Of a DNA stretch of 64,000 nt, positions 45,305 to 55,084 are shown piece by piece. The notes below the pieces were generated by a model. It was not told where the DNA came from and made no database searches. It saw nothing but the letters and a program-made list of their open reading frames with translations. Positions within the stretch are counted from its first letter, which is position 1. Each line of letters begins with the position of its first letter. The translations under genes were made by a program, and so were the position numbers. The DNA lies in the NCBI GenBank assembly GCA_903856085.1, contig CAIOAT010000038.1:26777-90776 (forward strand). Reading direction: 5' to 3'. Source of the DNA: Candidatus Omnitrophota bacterium. GTDB lineage: Bacteria; Omnitrophota; Omnitrophia; Omnitrophales; Aquincolibacteriaceae.

Positions 45305-47404
45305 ATGAATCCAAGACCGCTATCCACGCGAACTTTTTTTCTCTTGATCCTGTTCTTCGGGATCGCGGCCTATTCCAATACCCTGCACGCCCCCTTCTAT
45401 TTTGATGACTATCCAAGCATACTTAACAATTCAAGCATTCTGAATCCTTGGGACTGGATCGGCCTACTGGACAAAGCCCCCACACGCTTTCTTGTTTTTT
45501 TTAGTTTTGCGATCAACTACAAAATAGGCGGGGCTTCTCCTTTTGGATACCATGTCGTCAATTTGATCATCCATCTTCTAAACGGCATTTTAGTCTTCGG
45601 AATAGCCCTGCTCTTATCGACACCCCATGAGCTCCAGGGGAAAACCCTCCCCCCTGCACAAAAAAATCTTATTGCCTTCGCCTCGGCGATTATTTTTGTC
45701 TGTCATCCCGTCCAAACCCAAGCTGTCACCTATATCGTCCAGCGAATGACCTCGATGGCTTCTTTTTTCTATCTAGCGACAATCTTACTCTATCTTCATT
45801 TTCGGATCAGCAAAGTGCGGGCATTTTACCTTTTAGGATTATTCACAGCTCTTCTCAGCATGCTCTCTAAAGAAATCGCGTTTACTCTCCCCGTAACCTT
45901 ATTGCTCTGCGAAATCTTGTTTTTCAATCAAAACGCAAAATCGATTCCGTCCCTTGTAAAACGCCTCCTCCCCTTCGTCCTCGTTTCTCTTTTGATTCCG
46001 GGAATGTATTTTTTGAATCATGAGCAACTCGTTCGACATGGCGGACAAATGGGCCTCGTGCCCACGGGCGCAAAGAATCTTTCCCGCAGCATGTATTTCA
46101 TCACCCAACTGGATGTTATCCGGACCTACCTTAGGCTTCTTGTTTTTCCGATCCGTCAAACCTTTGACTATGACTTCCCGCTTTCGACCGGATTCTTCAG
46201 CCCCGCAACCTTCGGTTCTTTTATGCTTCTTGTGGCCATTCTTGCTACCGGTTATCGCCTGATCCGGAAGCAACCGCTCGCAGTTTTCGGGATCTTATTT
46301 TTTTTCCTAACTTTGAGCATTGAGTCGACCATCATCCCCCTCCCCGACCTAATCTTTGAACACCGGCTTTATCTCCCCATGGCAGGTTTTGCTTTTTTAA
46401 CAGCTTCATTCCTCGCCAAATTCTTAAAATCGCCCCGTCTTTTTACAATCATCTCGATCGCCCTCGCACTCATCTTAGGAACGCTCACCTATCAGCGCAA
46501 TACCGTATGGACAAACGAGATCGTTTTTTGGAAAGACCAGATCAAAAAAGCTCCCTTTAAAGGCCGCGGTTATTTTCAGCTCGGCATGGCCTACAACAAA
46601 ATTCATCAATACCCGTTAGCGGCTGATAGTTTTTTAGAGGCGCTGCGCTGGACGCCGGAGGACAAGAAAAATGATATTGAGTTTAATAATGTGGGCGCGG
46701 CCTATGATCATTCAGGGCAAACCACAAAAGCGGAACATTGGTTTCGCAAGGGGCTAGAATCACATCCGAAGTCTGGAACCCTTCACACGAATTTGGCCGT
46801 CTTGGAAGCAAGAAAAGGGAATTCTGAGGATGCTATCTTATTGTTAAAAAAATCGATCGCGTTAGAGCCCGGAACTGCGATTGCGTATTATGAACTTGCC
46901 CATATTTATTCACTGAGAAATGAATACTCGAAAGCCATCCCGTTGCTCGAAAAAGCTATCGATTTAGACCCCTTCTTGAGCCCCGCGCATGAGCTTCTCG
47001 AAAGAATGTATGAACAGCAAGCAAACCAAGCAAAGAACCTTTCAACTCGTCAAGCCTCAGAAGGCAACTCCCCGAAAGACACTATTTCCCGAGATCGAAT
47101 TACCGGTTCAAAAAAAGAAAGTGCCACGCCGAGTGCCATCGTTGCGCTAGAAGAAGCCCTCCGGATCAGTCCTGCGGATCCGTCATTGCATGTTCAGCTT
47201 GGAGAACTTTATCGGAAATCGGGACAGGAAGACTCCGCGGTTAAATCGTTTCAAAAAGCCATCAAAGTCGCACCGCTGCGCAAAGAAGGCTATGAAGCCT
47301 TGGCCCTTTTTTATAATGGGCAAGGGGACAAACAAAAAGCCCTGGCTGTCCTGATGGAATACCTGAAGTTAAAAAAGAAACACGGCTCGTTATCGCGAAA
47401 TTGA
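45305..47404 (+). CDS. TMTC-like GT-C membrane glycosyltransferase with an extended C-terminal TPR array (paralog C)
   Basis: PFYFDDYPSILNNSSILNP. About 11 TM helices are followed by at least 8 TPRs. The conserved tail is ..GDKQKALAVLMEYLKLKKKHGSLSRN. Confidence 0.75.
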   Translation: MNPRPLSTRTFFLLILFFGIAAYSNTLHAPFYFDDYPSILNNSSILNPWDWIGLLDKAPTRFLVFFSFAINYKIGGASPFGYHVVNLIIHLLNGILVFGIALLLSTPHELQGKTLPPAQKNLIAFASAIIFVCHPVQTQAVTYIVQRMTSMASFFYLATILLYLHFRISKVRAFYLLGLFTALLSMLSKEIAFTLPVTLLLCEILFFNQNAKSIPSLVKRLLPFVLVSLLIPGMYFLNHEQLVRHGGQMGLVPTGAKNLSRSMYFITQLDVIRTYLRLLVFPIRQTFDYDFPLSTGFFSPATFGSFMLLVAILATGYRLIRKQPLAVFGILFFFLTLSIESTIIPLPDLIFEHRLYLPMAGFAFLTASFLAKFLKSPRLFTIISIALALILGTLTYQRNTVWTNEIVFWKDQIKKAPFKGRGYFQLGMAYNKIHQYPLAADSFLEALRWTPEDKKNDIEFNNVGAAYDHSGQTTKAEHWFRKGLESHPKSGTLHTNLAVLEARKGNSEDAILLLKKSIALEPGTAIAYYELAHIYSLRNEYSKAIPLLEKAIDLDPFLSPAHELLERMYEQQANQAKNLSTRQASEGNSPKDTISRDRITGSKKESATPSAIVALEEALRISPADPSLHVQLGELYRKSGQEDSAVKSFQKAIKVAPLRKEGYEALALFYNGQGDKQKALAVLMEYLKLKKKHGSLSRN

Positions 47405-48973
47405 AGTGTTGAGAAGCGCTGCCTTCAGAACCGGTCTATAGATCACATACTTCTTATTTTCATAGACTTTCTCAAGATCACGCGCTCGCTTGTCTTCCAT
47501 CACGATATAATCGATTTTATATTTGTTCGCAATCCGGATCAGATCATTTTCACTCAAACTTCCGTAATACCGGCGCATACTTGCAGGACAATTGCGCCCG
47601 GGCTCATTCAGGGAAATCCCGGCGGTATCCTGCAATCGCTCATACATTGAAAAAGCGAACTCCCTGTTCATGCAGTTGTACGTCCAATCCTTCCAGGAAC
47701 CAAGAGTGGATCTTTCTGAATAAATCCGGAACTCCGACGGGGGAAAAGGCGGAGTCAACAATAACGCTTGAGGTTCTGTATGCTCCTTCAGCCATAACTG
47801 CGCAGCGATATTTTCATTCATCGCGGGTTTGAACGGATTATCGATCTGCCTGCCATGATAATGCTGAGCCATTGGAATCAAAACAGCTCCGAATATGAAG
47901 AGGAGCCCCCCGATCACATAAAAGGTTCTGCCGCATTTCCGAACGGTCTCATAAAAAAGGTAGGCCCAAACCATCGGGGATAAGATGACAAACATATAGG
48001 ACGCCCTGAAAAACAAACATTGCAACCCTATCAGAATCGGACACTGGGTGACAAAGACAAGACCCAACGTAAATCCAAAAACCATGGTCAAGACAGAAGC
48101 TCCGTACAAGATCAATCCCATGCGACCGTTCCCCTCCGCAGCTCTCTGAAAGAAAAAAAGCAATGGCAATCCCGCCACAGCCTGCGAGAGAAAAGAAAAA
48201 AATTCCGCGTAAGGCGGGGAAAAATGCCCCGAGCTTCTCACGAGGATCATCCGCAGCCAAACCGGATCAACGATGGCAAGCGGATCCCTGGGGAGCGATC
48301 CCAAAGTACTTCTGAGAACGATCGGCAGAATGCCCGCAAAGAGTAGGAGACAAAAAGGGAGCGTTGCTTTCACTAAACGAACCTTGTCTCGTTCTAAAAA
48401 TAATTTTATCGAGAAAGCAACCGCCACAAACAAACCCAGATTCAGGAATGAGATGGAATGAATGTTCGCTGCCAGTGCCAACAGACCGCTTGCCCAAAGG
48501 CGCCTATTCGAAATTAAAAAATAGATCCCTAAAAGCAATAACACCGCCGCCAAGGTCCGTTCCTCAACGATCGGATCAAATGTCGCGATGCCTCCCAGGA
48601 CCTTTTTGGGGAACCATAACAATACTACAGACATTAGTCCGATGGTTTTTTCTCTAAAGATCGCGGTCGCCAACAAATAGACCGAAAGGAAAAACAATAT
48701 TTGCGTGATACAAAAAATGATAAAAAACACCACCTCGAAACCGAATATTTTTACAATGGGCCGTATGAGCACACCCAAATAGCTCGCATAATAATGCCGC
48801 ATGCTGACCGTGATATCTTGAGCATATAATCCGGAATGGTATTCGGCTTTCAAAAAAGGAATCTTGTAAGTATGGTCGGAAACGGCGAAGTGATACGGAT
48901 TAAGGAACAGACCGCAGGCTATCAAGAACAGAAGCGCGATCTCGAATTTGAATTTTTTAATATAATCGAACAT
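47390..48973 (-). CDS. Hypothetical polytopic membrane protein of at least 10 TM helices with a C-terminal soluble domain. It is a candidate GT-C/oligosaccharide polymerase-like protein.
   Basis: The hydrophobic helices run throughout the first ~400 aa. The C-terminal ~130 aa are hydrophilic (..NCMNREFAFSMYERLQD..YKIDYIVMEDKRARD..). It converges on TMTC paralog C with a 15-nt overlap. Confidence 0.45.
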   Translation of the reverse strand: MFDYIKKFKFEIALLFLIACGLFLNPYHFAVSDHTYKIPFLKAEYHSGLYAQDITVSMRHYYASYLGVLIRPIVKIFGFEVVFFIIFCITQILFFLSVYLLATAIFREKTIGLMSVVLLWFPKKVLGGIATFDPIVEERTLAAVLLLLGIYFLISNRRLWASGLLALAANIHSISFLNLGLFVAVAFSIKLFLERDKVRLVKATLPFCLLLFAGILPIVLRSTLGSLPRDPLAIVDPVWLRMILVRSSGHFSPPYAEFFSFLSQAVAGLPLLFFFQRAAEGNGRMGLILYGASVLTMVFGFTLGLVFVTQCPILIGLQCLFFRASYMFVILSPMVWAYLFYETVRKCGRTFYVIGGLLFIFGAVLIPMAQHYHGRQIDNPFKPAMNENIAAQLWLKEHTEPQALLLTPPFPPSEFRIYSERSTLGSWKDWTYNCMNREFAFSMYERLQDTAGISLNEPGRNCPASMRRYYGSLSENDLIRIANKYKIDYIVMEDKRARDLEKVYENKKYVIYRPVLKAALLNTSISR

Positions 48974-49154
48974 GAAACAAACGGCTCCTCTCAATAGCTA
49001 TAGCCATGGATTCCGCAGAACTAAATCCCATACGACCCCGGAACAAAGAGCGTCATCCAAAAATCGACCCGCCTTCCGAACGGAAGTATAAAAAGGGGCT
49101 CAAAAACCTCAAACAAACCATCTTGTGCGACCACGAACTTAAATCCGGCAAATA

Positions 49155-50240
49155 TCAAAAAAGTTCTCGTTGCAAAGGCTGTCGAGATATCACTTTCTTG
49201 TTCAGATTCAACCCACTGACACCGACCCCGAGGAGCCGAACAGCTTTTTTCCCGGCCAGCGTCTTCCTGAAAAGAAGGTCGATGACCGTCTCATAGATTG
49301 TCCGCCACTCCTGCGGCTCTCCGGCCAAGGTCTTGGATCGTGTGATCTGTTCGAAATCGTGGTATTTTACTTTAAGCACGATGGTCCGGCCCGTCCGGCC
49401 TTCCTGCTTCAGATCATAAAAAACATGCTCCGCAAGTTCGGCCAGTTTCCGCTTTAGCCACGACATGTCCATGATATCCTTAGCAAACGTCTCCTCGGCA
49501 CTTAATTGCGTCCGCTCCCAGTGAGGATTCACTTCCCGGTCTTCTTCTCCCCGCGCCTTATGGAACAGCTCAACCCCCCACTTCCCCAATAGGGCCGCAA
49601 GATCCTGCGGCTTCACGCCCCAGAGGTCCCCGCAAGTGTTGAGCATCATGCCGTGAAGAATCTCTTCGGCACGCGGACCAACGCCAGAAATTTTCCGGAC
49701 CGGAAGATCCTTGAGAAATTCCAGCACCTTATCTGGAGCGACCACTGTCAAACCGTCCGGTTTTTTCATATCGGAGGCGATCTTCGCGAGGAACATGGCG
49801 GGCGCCACGCCGGCCGAAGCGGTAAGTTTTGTCACCGCAAATATGTGTTGTTTGATGAGCGCCGCGAGCTTCACGGGGTCTTCCAACTTGAGCTTGTTCT
49901 CGGTCACATCGAGATACGCTTCATCAAGCGATACCTGTTCCACTAAAGGCGTATAGGTGTGAAAGATCGACATGATGGATTTTGAGGCCTCGCCGTATTT
50001 CTCAAAATCAGGAGTGAGGAAAACTGCGTGCGGACAAAGACGCTTGGCTTGTGCTGTTGGCATGCCGGAGTGAATTCCAAATTTCCGGGCTTCATAAGAA
50101 CAGGTGCTCACGACGCTGCGGCTATTCGGATTCCCGCCAACGATTACCGGCTTGCCTTTCAGCTCCGGACGATCGCGTTGTTCCACCGCCGCGAAAAATG
50201 CGTCCATGTCGATGTGGATGAATTTCCTGAGCCAATTCAT
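49155..50240 (-). CDS. dinB: DNA polymerase IV
   Basis: MNWLRKFIHIDMDAFFAAVEQRDRPELKGKPVIVGG.., Y-family polymerase palm motifs, 361 aa. Confidence 0.85.
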   Translation of the reverse strand: MNWLRKFIHIDMDAFFAAVEQRDRPELKGKPVIVGGNPNSRSVVSTCSYEARKFGIHSGMPTAQAKRLCPHAVFLTPDFEKYGEASKSIMSIFHTYTPLVEQVSLDEAYLDVTENKLKLEDPVKLAALIKQHIFAVTKLTASAGVAPAMFLAKIASDMKKPDGLTVVAPDKVLEFLKDLPVRKISGVGPRAEEILHGMMLNTCGDLWGVKPQDLAALLGKWGVELFHKARGEEDREVNPHWERTQLSAEETFAKDIMDMSWLKRKLAELAEHVFYDLKQEGRTGRTIVLKVKYHDFEQITRSKTLAGEPQEWRTIYETVIDLLFRKTLAGKKAVRLLGVGVSGLNLNKKVISRQPLQRELF

Positions 50241-50304
50241 AGATCAAGCACCGCGTATGGGGTGCGACGTATTGCAAAAAGAGGCTCGATGCTCCGCGCC
50301 CAGA

Positions 50305-51990
50305 TTAAGCGAGAGAAGCAATAATGGAATGCAGATCCACCAGCTTCGTCTCACCGGTCTGGCGATTTTTGAGCTCGACCTTGCCCTCTTTCAAGCTGCG
50401 ATCACCAATGATGATTTGCGTGGGAATGCCGACCAGATCGGCGTCATTAAATTTTACGCCGGCACGTTCATCGCGGTCGTCAAAAAGAACATCTTTGCCG
50501 GCCTGGGTGAGCTCTTCGTAGATCTTGTCAGCAGCAGCACGGACTTTCTCATCGGAATGATTCACAGTAATGATCTCGACCGCGAATGGCGCAATGGCCT
50601 CAGGCCACTGGATCCCCTTCAGATCGTGATGCTGCTCGATCGTAGCCGCAAGGATGCGATTCACGCCAATCCCGTAGCAGCCCATGATGGCAGGTTTGCG
50701 TTCGCCTTTTTCGTCCAGGAAATGAGCGCCGATGGATTCTGAATACCGGGTTCCGAGTTTGAAGATATGACCGATCTCCATGCTGGTCGTAAGAGCGAGT
50801 TTGCTTTTTCCGTCCGGCGCGAAATCGCCGTCTTTCACGAAACGAATGTCTCCTGTAGCCGTGGCTGTAAAGTCGCGACCGATCGTCACTCCTTTCAGAT
50901 GCTTATCCTTTTGATTGGCACCCGTCACCGCATCCGCGATCCCGAGAATATCCCAATCCACATAAACCGGGATCTTAAGGCCCACAGGACCCGCAAATCC
51001 GACCGGTGCGCCGGTGGCCTCCAGGATCTCGTGCCCATCCGCCTGACGAAGGTCTTTGGCCCCGATCAGTTTCCGCAATTTGCTCTCATTGACTTCACTA
51101 TCCCCCGTCACAAGCGCCGCAACCGGTTTCCCGTCCGCCATATAAATAAGCGTCTTAATCATATGTGAAGCTTGAATTTTATAACGATGCGAGATCTCTT
51201 CGATGGTCCTTAAATTGGGCGTATCAAAAGCCTCCGGTTTTTCTGATTGGGAGTTCGGAGTCTGGATCTTGGGATTAGCTCTTTCAGCAATGTCCTGGCT
51301 TGCGAGATAACCGTCCTCGGAACTGGCGACGCGGTCTTCTCCATACGGACAGATCACCATGAACTCCTGACTCATCTTGCCGCCCATCATTCCGGTATCC
51401 GCGTTCACAACCTGGAACTTGAGGCCACACCGCGTGAAGATCCGGTGATAAGCCTCAAACATTTTCTGATAGTTCACATCCAGGCCCTTCTCATCGGTAT
51501 CAAAACTGTAGGCGTCTTTCATAATGAATTCCTTGGTGCGGATGATGCCGAAACGCGGGCGAGCCTCATCGCGGAATTTTGTCTGGATCTGAAAAAGATT
51601 GAGCGGCAGATCGCGAAAAGATTTGATGTTGGCCCCGACGAGGTCCGTGATGATCTCTTCATGCGTAGGTCCCAGCACAAACTCATGTCCCGCGCGGTTC
51701 TTGAAAGCGATCTTGTCATCCCCCAACGTGTCGTAGCGTCCTGATTTTTTCCAAATCTCGGCCGGATGGAGGGCAGGCATCAGCACTTCTGAGGCCCCAG
51801 CACGATTCATCTCCTCGCGAATGATCCCGATGATCTTCAGAAGCACCCGAAACCCGATCGGCAAATAGCTATAAACCCCGGAGGAAAGTTGCCGGATCAA
51901 TCCGGCCCGGAGCGCAAGCTGATGGCTGATGGCTTCGGCATCTTTGGGAACATTTCGAAGACTGGGGATCAGGGTTTGGGTCCAACGCAT
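50305..51990 (-). CDS. proS: Proline--tRNA ligase
   Basis: 561 aa, class II aaRS motifs, N-terminal MRWTQTLIPSLRNVPKDAE.. Confidence 0.9.
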   Translation of the reverse strand: MRWTQTLIPSLRNVPKDAEAISHQLALRAGLIRQLSSGVYSYLPIGFRVLLKIIGIIREEMNRAGASEVLMPALHPAEIWKKSGRYDTLGDDKIAFKNRAGHEFVLGPTHEEIITDLVGANIKSFRDLPLNLFQIQTKFRDEARPRFGIIRTKEFIMKDAYSFDTDEKGLDVNYQKMFEAYHRIFTRCGLKFQVVNADTGMMGGKMSQEFMVICPYGEDRVASSEDGYLASQDIAERANPKIQTPNSQSEKPEAFDTPNLRTIEEISHRYKIQASHMIKTLIYMADGKPVAALVTGDSEVNESKLRKLIGAKDLRQADGHEILEATGAPVGFAGPVGLKIPVYVDWDILGIADAVTGANQKDKHLKGVTIGRDFTATATGDIRFVKDGDFAPDGKSKLALTTSMEIGHIFKLGTRYSESIGAHFLDEKGERKPAIMGCYGIGVNRILAATIEQHHDLKGIQWPEAIAPFAVEIITVNHSDEKVRAAADKIYEELTQAGKDVLFDDRDERAGVKFNDADLVGIPTQIIIGDRSLKEGKVELKNRQTGETKLVDLHSIIASLA

Positions 51991-52005
51991 GGCTTTATCC
52001 TAGGT

Positions 52006-53151
52006 TCAAGTTTTTGTGAAATGGAACAGATTTTTCAGTTTGTCGAGGATCGAAAGATTCACAACGTCATTATAAAGCACGAACACCATAAGTGCCATGA
52101 GCAGGAAAAACCCGCCGGTCGTGATCCGTTCCTGCCATACCGGACTGATGCGCTTGCGCGTCACAAGTTCGATCAGAAGAAATACCAGATGTCCCCCATC
52201 CAGCGCCGGTAACGGAAAAAGATTGATCACCGCAAGCGAAACGCTCAAGATCGCCAGCAGTTGCAGAAGCGCCGCGATCCCCGCCTTAGCGGCTTGCCCG
52301 CTGATCTGGATGATCCCAAGCGGCCCCATCAAATTCTTGGGCGATATTTGTCCTGTCATCAGATAAAAAAGGGCCTTGTGCGTCAACACCGTGTGAAAAA
52401 CCTCGAGCTCCCAAGCCTTCGCAAGTGCCGGCAAAGCGCCGTAGCGCTCCACCACGAAGGATAAGGGATCCGGCGTGATCCCCACGCGTTTCATTCGGAC
52501 GGTCTTGCCGAAAAGATCCCTCACATCTTCAACCTTGGGCTTGATCTGGACGATTAAAAGTTCCGGCTGCGCGTTCGCATGCGGCCGCTGAACGTTCAAT
52601 TTGATCATGGCCCCTGGCGCTGCATCGAACCGGTCAAGAATGTCTTTCCAATTCGTAACGACCTTATCATCTACTTTAAGGATCTTATCATTCACTTTGA
52701 GAAGACTGGCCTCGGCGGGATAGCCCTTCACGAAACCGCCGACCCCGGTTCCCGGCATGGGGCGGCCGATCATGAAAACAGCCCAGAACACCATAAACGC
52801 CAGAACGTAATTCATCGCAACTCCGGAAACAACAATGAAGATCCGTGAAAGAACGGGCGCAGCGAGAAAATCTCCAGGCTTCGGTCCTTCCGGCCCGACC
52901 TTTGATGCCTCTTCGCCGGCAGGACTCACAAAACCGCCTAGCGGAAAAAGAGAGATTGAAAAACGCGTCTCTCCGGACTGCCAATGCAGAAGCTCCGGCC
53001 CGAATCCGATCGAGAATTTCTCAACTCGAACCTTCGAAAACCGGCACGCAATAAAATGTCCAAATTCGTGAACAATAATGAGTACACCAAAAACGATCAG
53101 AGCCGGCAGGATCGATGGTAACGAATGCAAGAATGGGGGTAAATGGGTCAT
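52006..53151 (-). CDS. rseP: RIP site-2 zinc metalloprotease
   Basis: HEFGHFIACR is the HExxH motif in TM1. A PDZ domain and the C-terminal LDG motif (ALDGGHLVFLLIE) follow. Confidence 0.85.
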   Translation of the reverse strand: MTHLPPFLHSLPSILPALIVFGVLIIVHEFGHFIACRFSKVRVEKFSIGFGPELLHWQSGETRFSISLFPLGGFVSPAGEEASKVGPEGPKPGDFLAAPVLSRIFIVVSGVAMNYVLAFMVFWAVFMIGRPMPGTGVGGFVKGYPAEASLLKVNDKILKVDDKVVTNWKDILDRFDAAPGAMIKLNVQRPHANAQPELLIVQIKPKVEDVRDLFGKTVRMKRVGITPDPLSFVVERYGALPALAKAWELEVFHTVLTHKALFYLMTGQISPKNLMGPLGIIQISGQAAKAGIAALLQLLAILSVSLAVINLFPLPALDGGHLVFLLIELVTRKRISPVWQERITTGGFFLLMALMVFVLYNDVVNLSILDKLKNLFHFTKT

Positions 53152-54290
53152 GAAAGCTCCTCAGCAGTTTCCCGGGCCCAAGCATCGGCCGCGAAGATAT
53201 CGGCCAGGACCGGTTTATAGACCAGACTGTGCGAACGCATGGTCTTTTCGATGATCTTCGGAATCCCGAGAAATCCGATACGATGGCCGAGGAACGCTTC
53301 CACGGCGACCTCATTGGCTGCATTCAAAACGGCCGGCATCGTTCCACCAATCTTGCTCGCAGTATAGCCAAGATCCAGACATGGGAAACGCATCCGGTCC
53401 GGTTTTTCAAAATGGAGCGCCGTAAGATGCGCCAGATCAAGATGCGGCAAATGGTCCTCAAGGCGCTCGGGATAGCTCAAGGCGTACTGGATCGGAAGTC
53501 TCATATCGGTCACTCCCAGATGCGCAAAATGCGAACCGTCCACGAACTCCACAAGTGCGTGCACAATTGCCTCTGGATGAACCAGGACGTCGATCTTCTG
53601 AGCCGGCACGCGGAAAAGGTTTGCGGCCTCGATCACCTCAAGTCCTTTATTCATCATCGTCGCGGAATCGATTGTGATCTTCGGCCCCATTTTCCATTTA
53701 GGATGATTGAGCGCCTGCGCCGGTGTGATCTTCGCAAGCGATCCCTTTCGGTTCCGAAAAGGTCCTCCGGAAGAAGTGATAATCAGTTTTTTGACAAAAA
53801 CAGGATCCTGTTTTTCAAGGCACTGCCACAACGCGGAGTGTTCGCTGTCGATCGGAAGCACCCGAACCCCAGACTTCTCGGCCGCCGCCAAAAGAAGTTT
53901 CCCCGCCATCACAAGGGGCTCTTTATTCGCGATCGCAACGGTCTTTTTTGCTCGCACGGCAGCGAAGATGGGCTTAAGCCCCACGGCACCCACCATGGCG
54001 CAGATCACTTCCTGGACCCCCACAAGCGTCGCAACTTCTTCGAGCCCTTCGTCCCCCATCACAACGCGGATCCCGAGACGTTTGAACTTGGGCGCGGCCT
54101 CTTGGGCCCTGGGGGCATCATAGATACAAACTACTTTGGGACGGAATTCCACGGCCTGTTCGTAAAGCTTCTCGATATTCTTTTTCACAGCAAGAGCCTT
54201 AACCGAAAATCGCTCAGGATGGATGCGAACCACGCGGAGGGTGTTCTCGCCCACCGAACCCGTGGAACCAAGGATCGAAAGATGCTTCAT
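53148..54290 (-). CDS. dxr: 1-deoxy-D-xylulose 5-phosphate reductoisomerase
   Basis: MKHLSILGSTGSVGENTLRVV.. with the NADPH-binding GSTGSIG-like motif, 380 aa. Confidence 0.9.
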   Translation of the reverse strand: MKHLSILGSTGSVGENTLRVVRIHPERFSVKALAVKKNIEKLYEQAVEFRPKVVCIYDAPRAQEAAPKFKRLGIRVVMGDEGLEEVATLVGVQEVICAMVGAVGLKPIFAAVRAKKTVAIANKEPLVMAGKLLLAAAEKSGVRVLPIDSEHSALWQCLEKQDPVFVKKLIITSSGGPFRNRKGSLAKITPAQALNHPKWKMGPKITIDSATMMNKGLEVIEAANLFRVPAQKIDVLVHPEAIVHALVEFVDGSHFAHLGVTDMRLPIQYALSYPERLEDHLPHLDLAHLTALHFEKPDRMRFPCLDLGYTASKIGGTMPAVLNAANEVAVEAFLGHRIGFLGIPKIIEKTMRSHSLVYKPVLADIFAADAWARETAEELS

Positions 54291-55084
54291 AATCTTTCAA
54301 GGCCCAGGACCATGGTCAGATAAAAATAAACAATGGGGATGGTAAAAAGCAGACTGTCCATCACATCCAGCATGCCGCCCAAGCCCGGGATCGTCCCCGA
54401 ATCTTTGACGCCCGCGTCACGTTTGATCAGGCTTTCCGCAAGATCGCCCAAAAGCGCTAACGCTCCCACTGCAATCCCAAGGATAAGAAGATGTACCGGT
54501 GGAACATGCAGATAAAAAACGGAACCGACCGAGAGGGCGATCGTCGCGAACATCTGGCCGATGGCACCCTCGATGGATTTCTTGGGGCTGACGTGCTCGA
54601 GAAGTTTTGTCTTTCCAAATTTTTTACCGACGAAATACGCGGCCATGTCTCCGCCCTTCACGATCAGGATCGTATACGCCACCCAATCCGCCCCATTGGG
54701 TAAAAGCTTGATCTTGATAAGATAAGAAAAGAACCACGCCACATAGATGATCCCAAAGACGCTTACCGAAACGCTTGTAATGGTCTTGTCCGGCGACTTG
54801 CGGTTGAACAGGAATATGAAAAGCGCCACGATGACCATAAGAAGATTCGTGGGCTGCAGCGAAAAATAAGCGGAGATCGGCAAAAGCGCGCCGAACACGA
54901 GGCCAAACCCCCGGTGAACAAGCAAGCCTTTTTGCTCTGCGAGGGAAAAAAACTCATAAAGCCCCACAAGAATGAACGCCTCCACCATCAGAAAAAAGCA
55001 CCAATGCGGCAGAAAAAAGATCACCGCTACCGCCGCTAAAATAAAGACCGATGAAGTCAAAAACCGTTTCACAAGCTGGTTCAT
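54287..55084 (-). CDS. cdsA: Phosphatidate cytidylyltransferase
   Basis: CTP_transf_1 signature region (..KRDAGVKDSGTIPGLGGMLDVMDSLLF..). The start is probably the ATG at 55084, giving an ATGA overlap with uppS. Confidence 0.8.
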   Translation of the reverse strand: MNQLVKRFLTSSVFILAAVAVIFFLPHWCFFLMVEAFILVGLYEFFSLAEQKGLLVHRGFGLVFGALLPISAYFSLQPTNLLMVIVALFIFLFNRKSPDKTITSVSVSVFGIIYVAWFFSYLIKIKLLPNGADWVAYTILIVKGGDMAAYFVGKKFGKTKLLEHVSPKKSIEGAIGQMFATIALSVGSVFYLHVPPVHLLILGIAVGALALLGDLAESLIKRDAGVKDSGTIPGLGGMLDVMDSLLFTIPIVYFYLTMVLGLERL

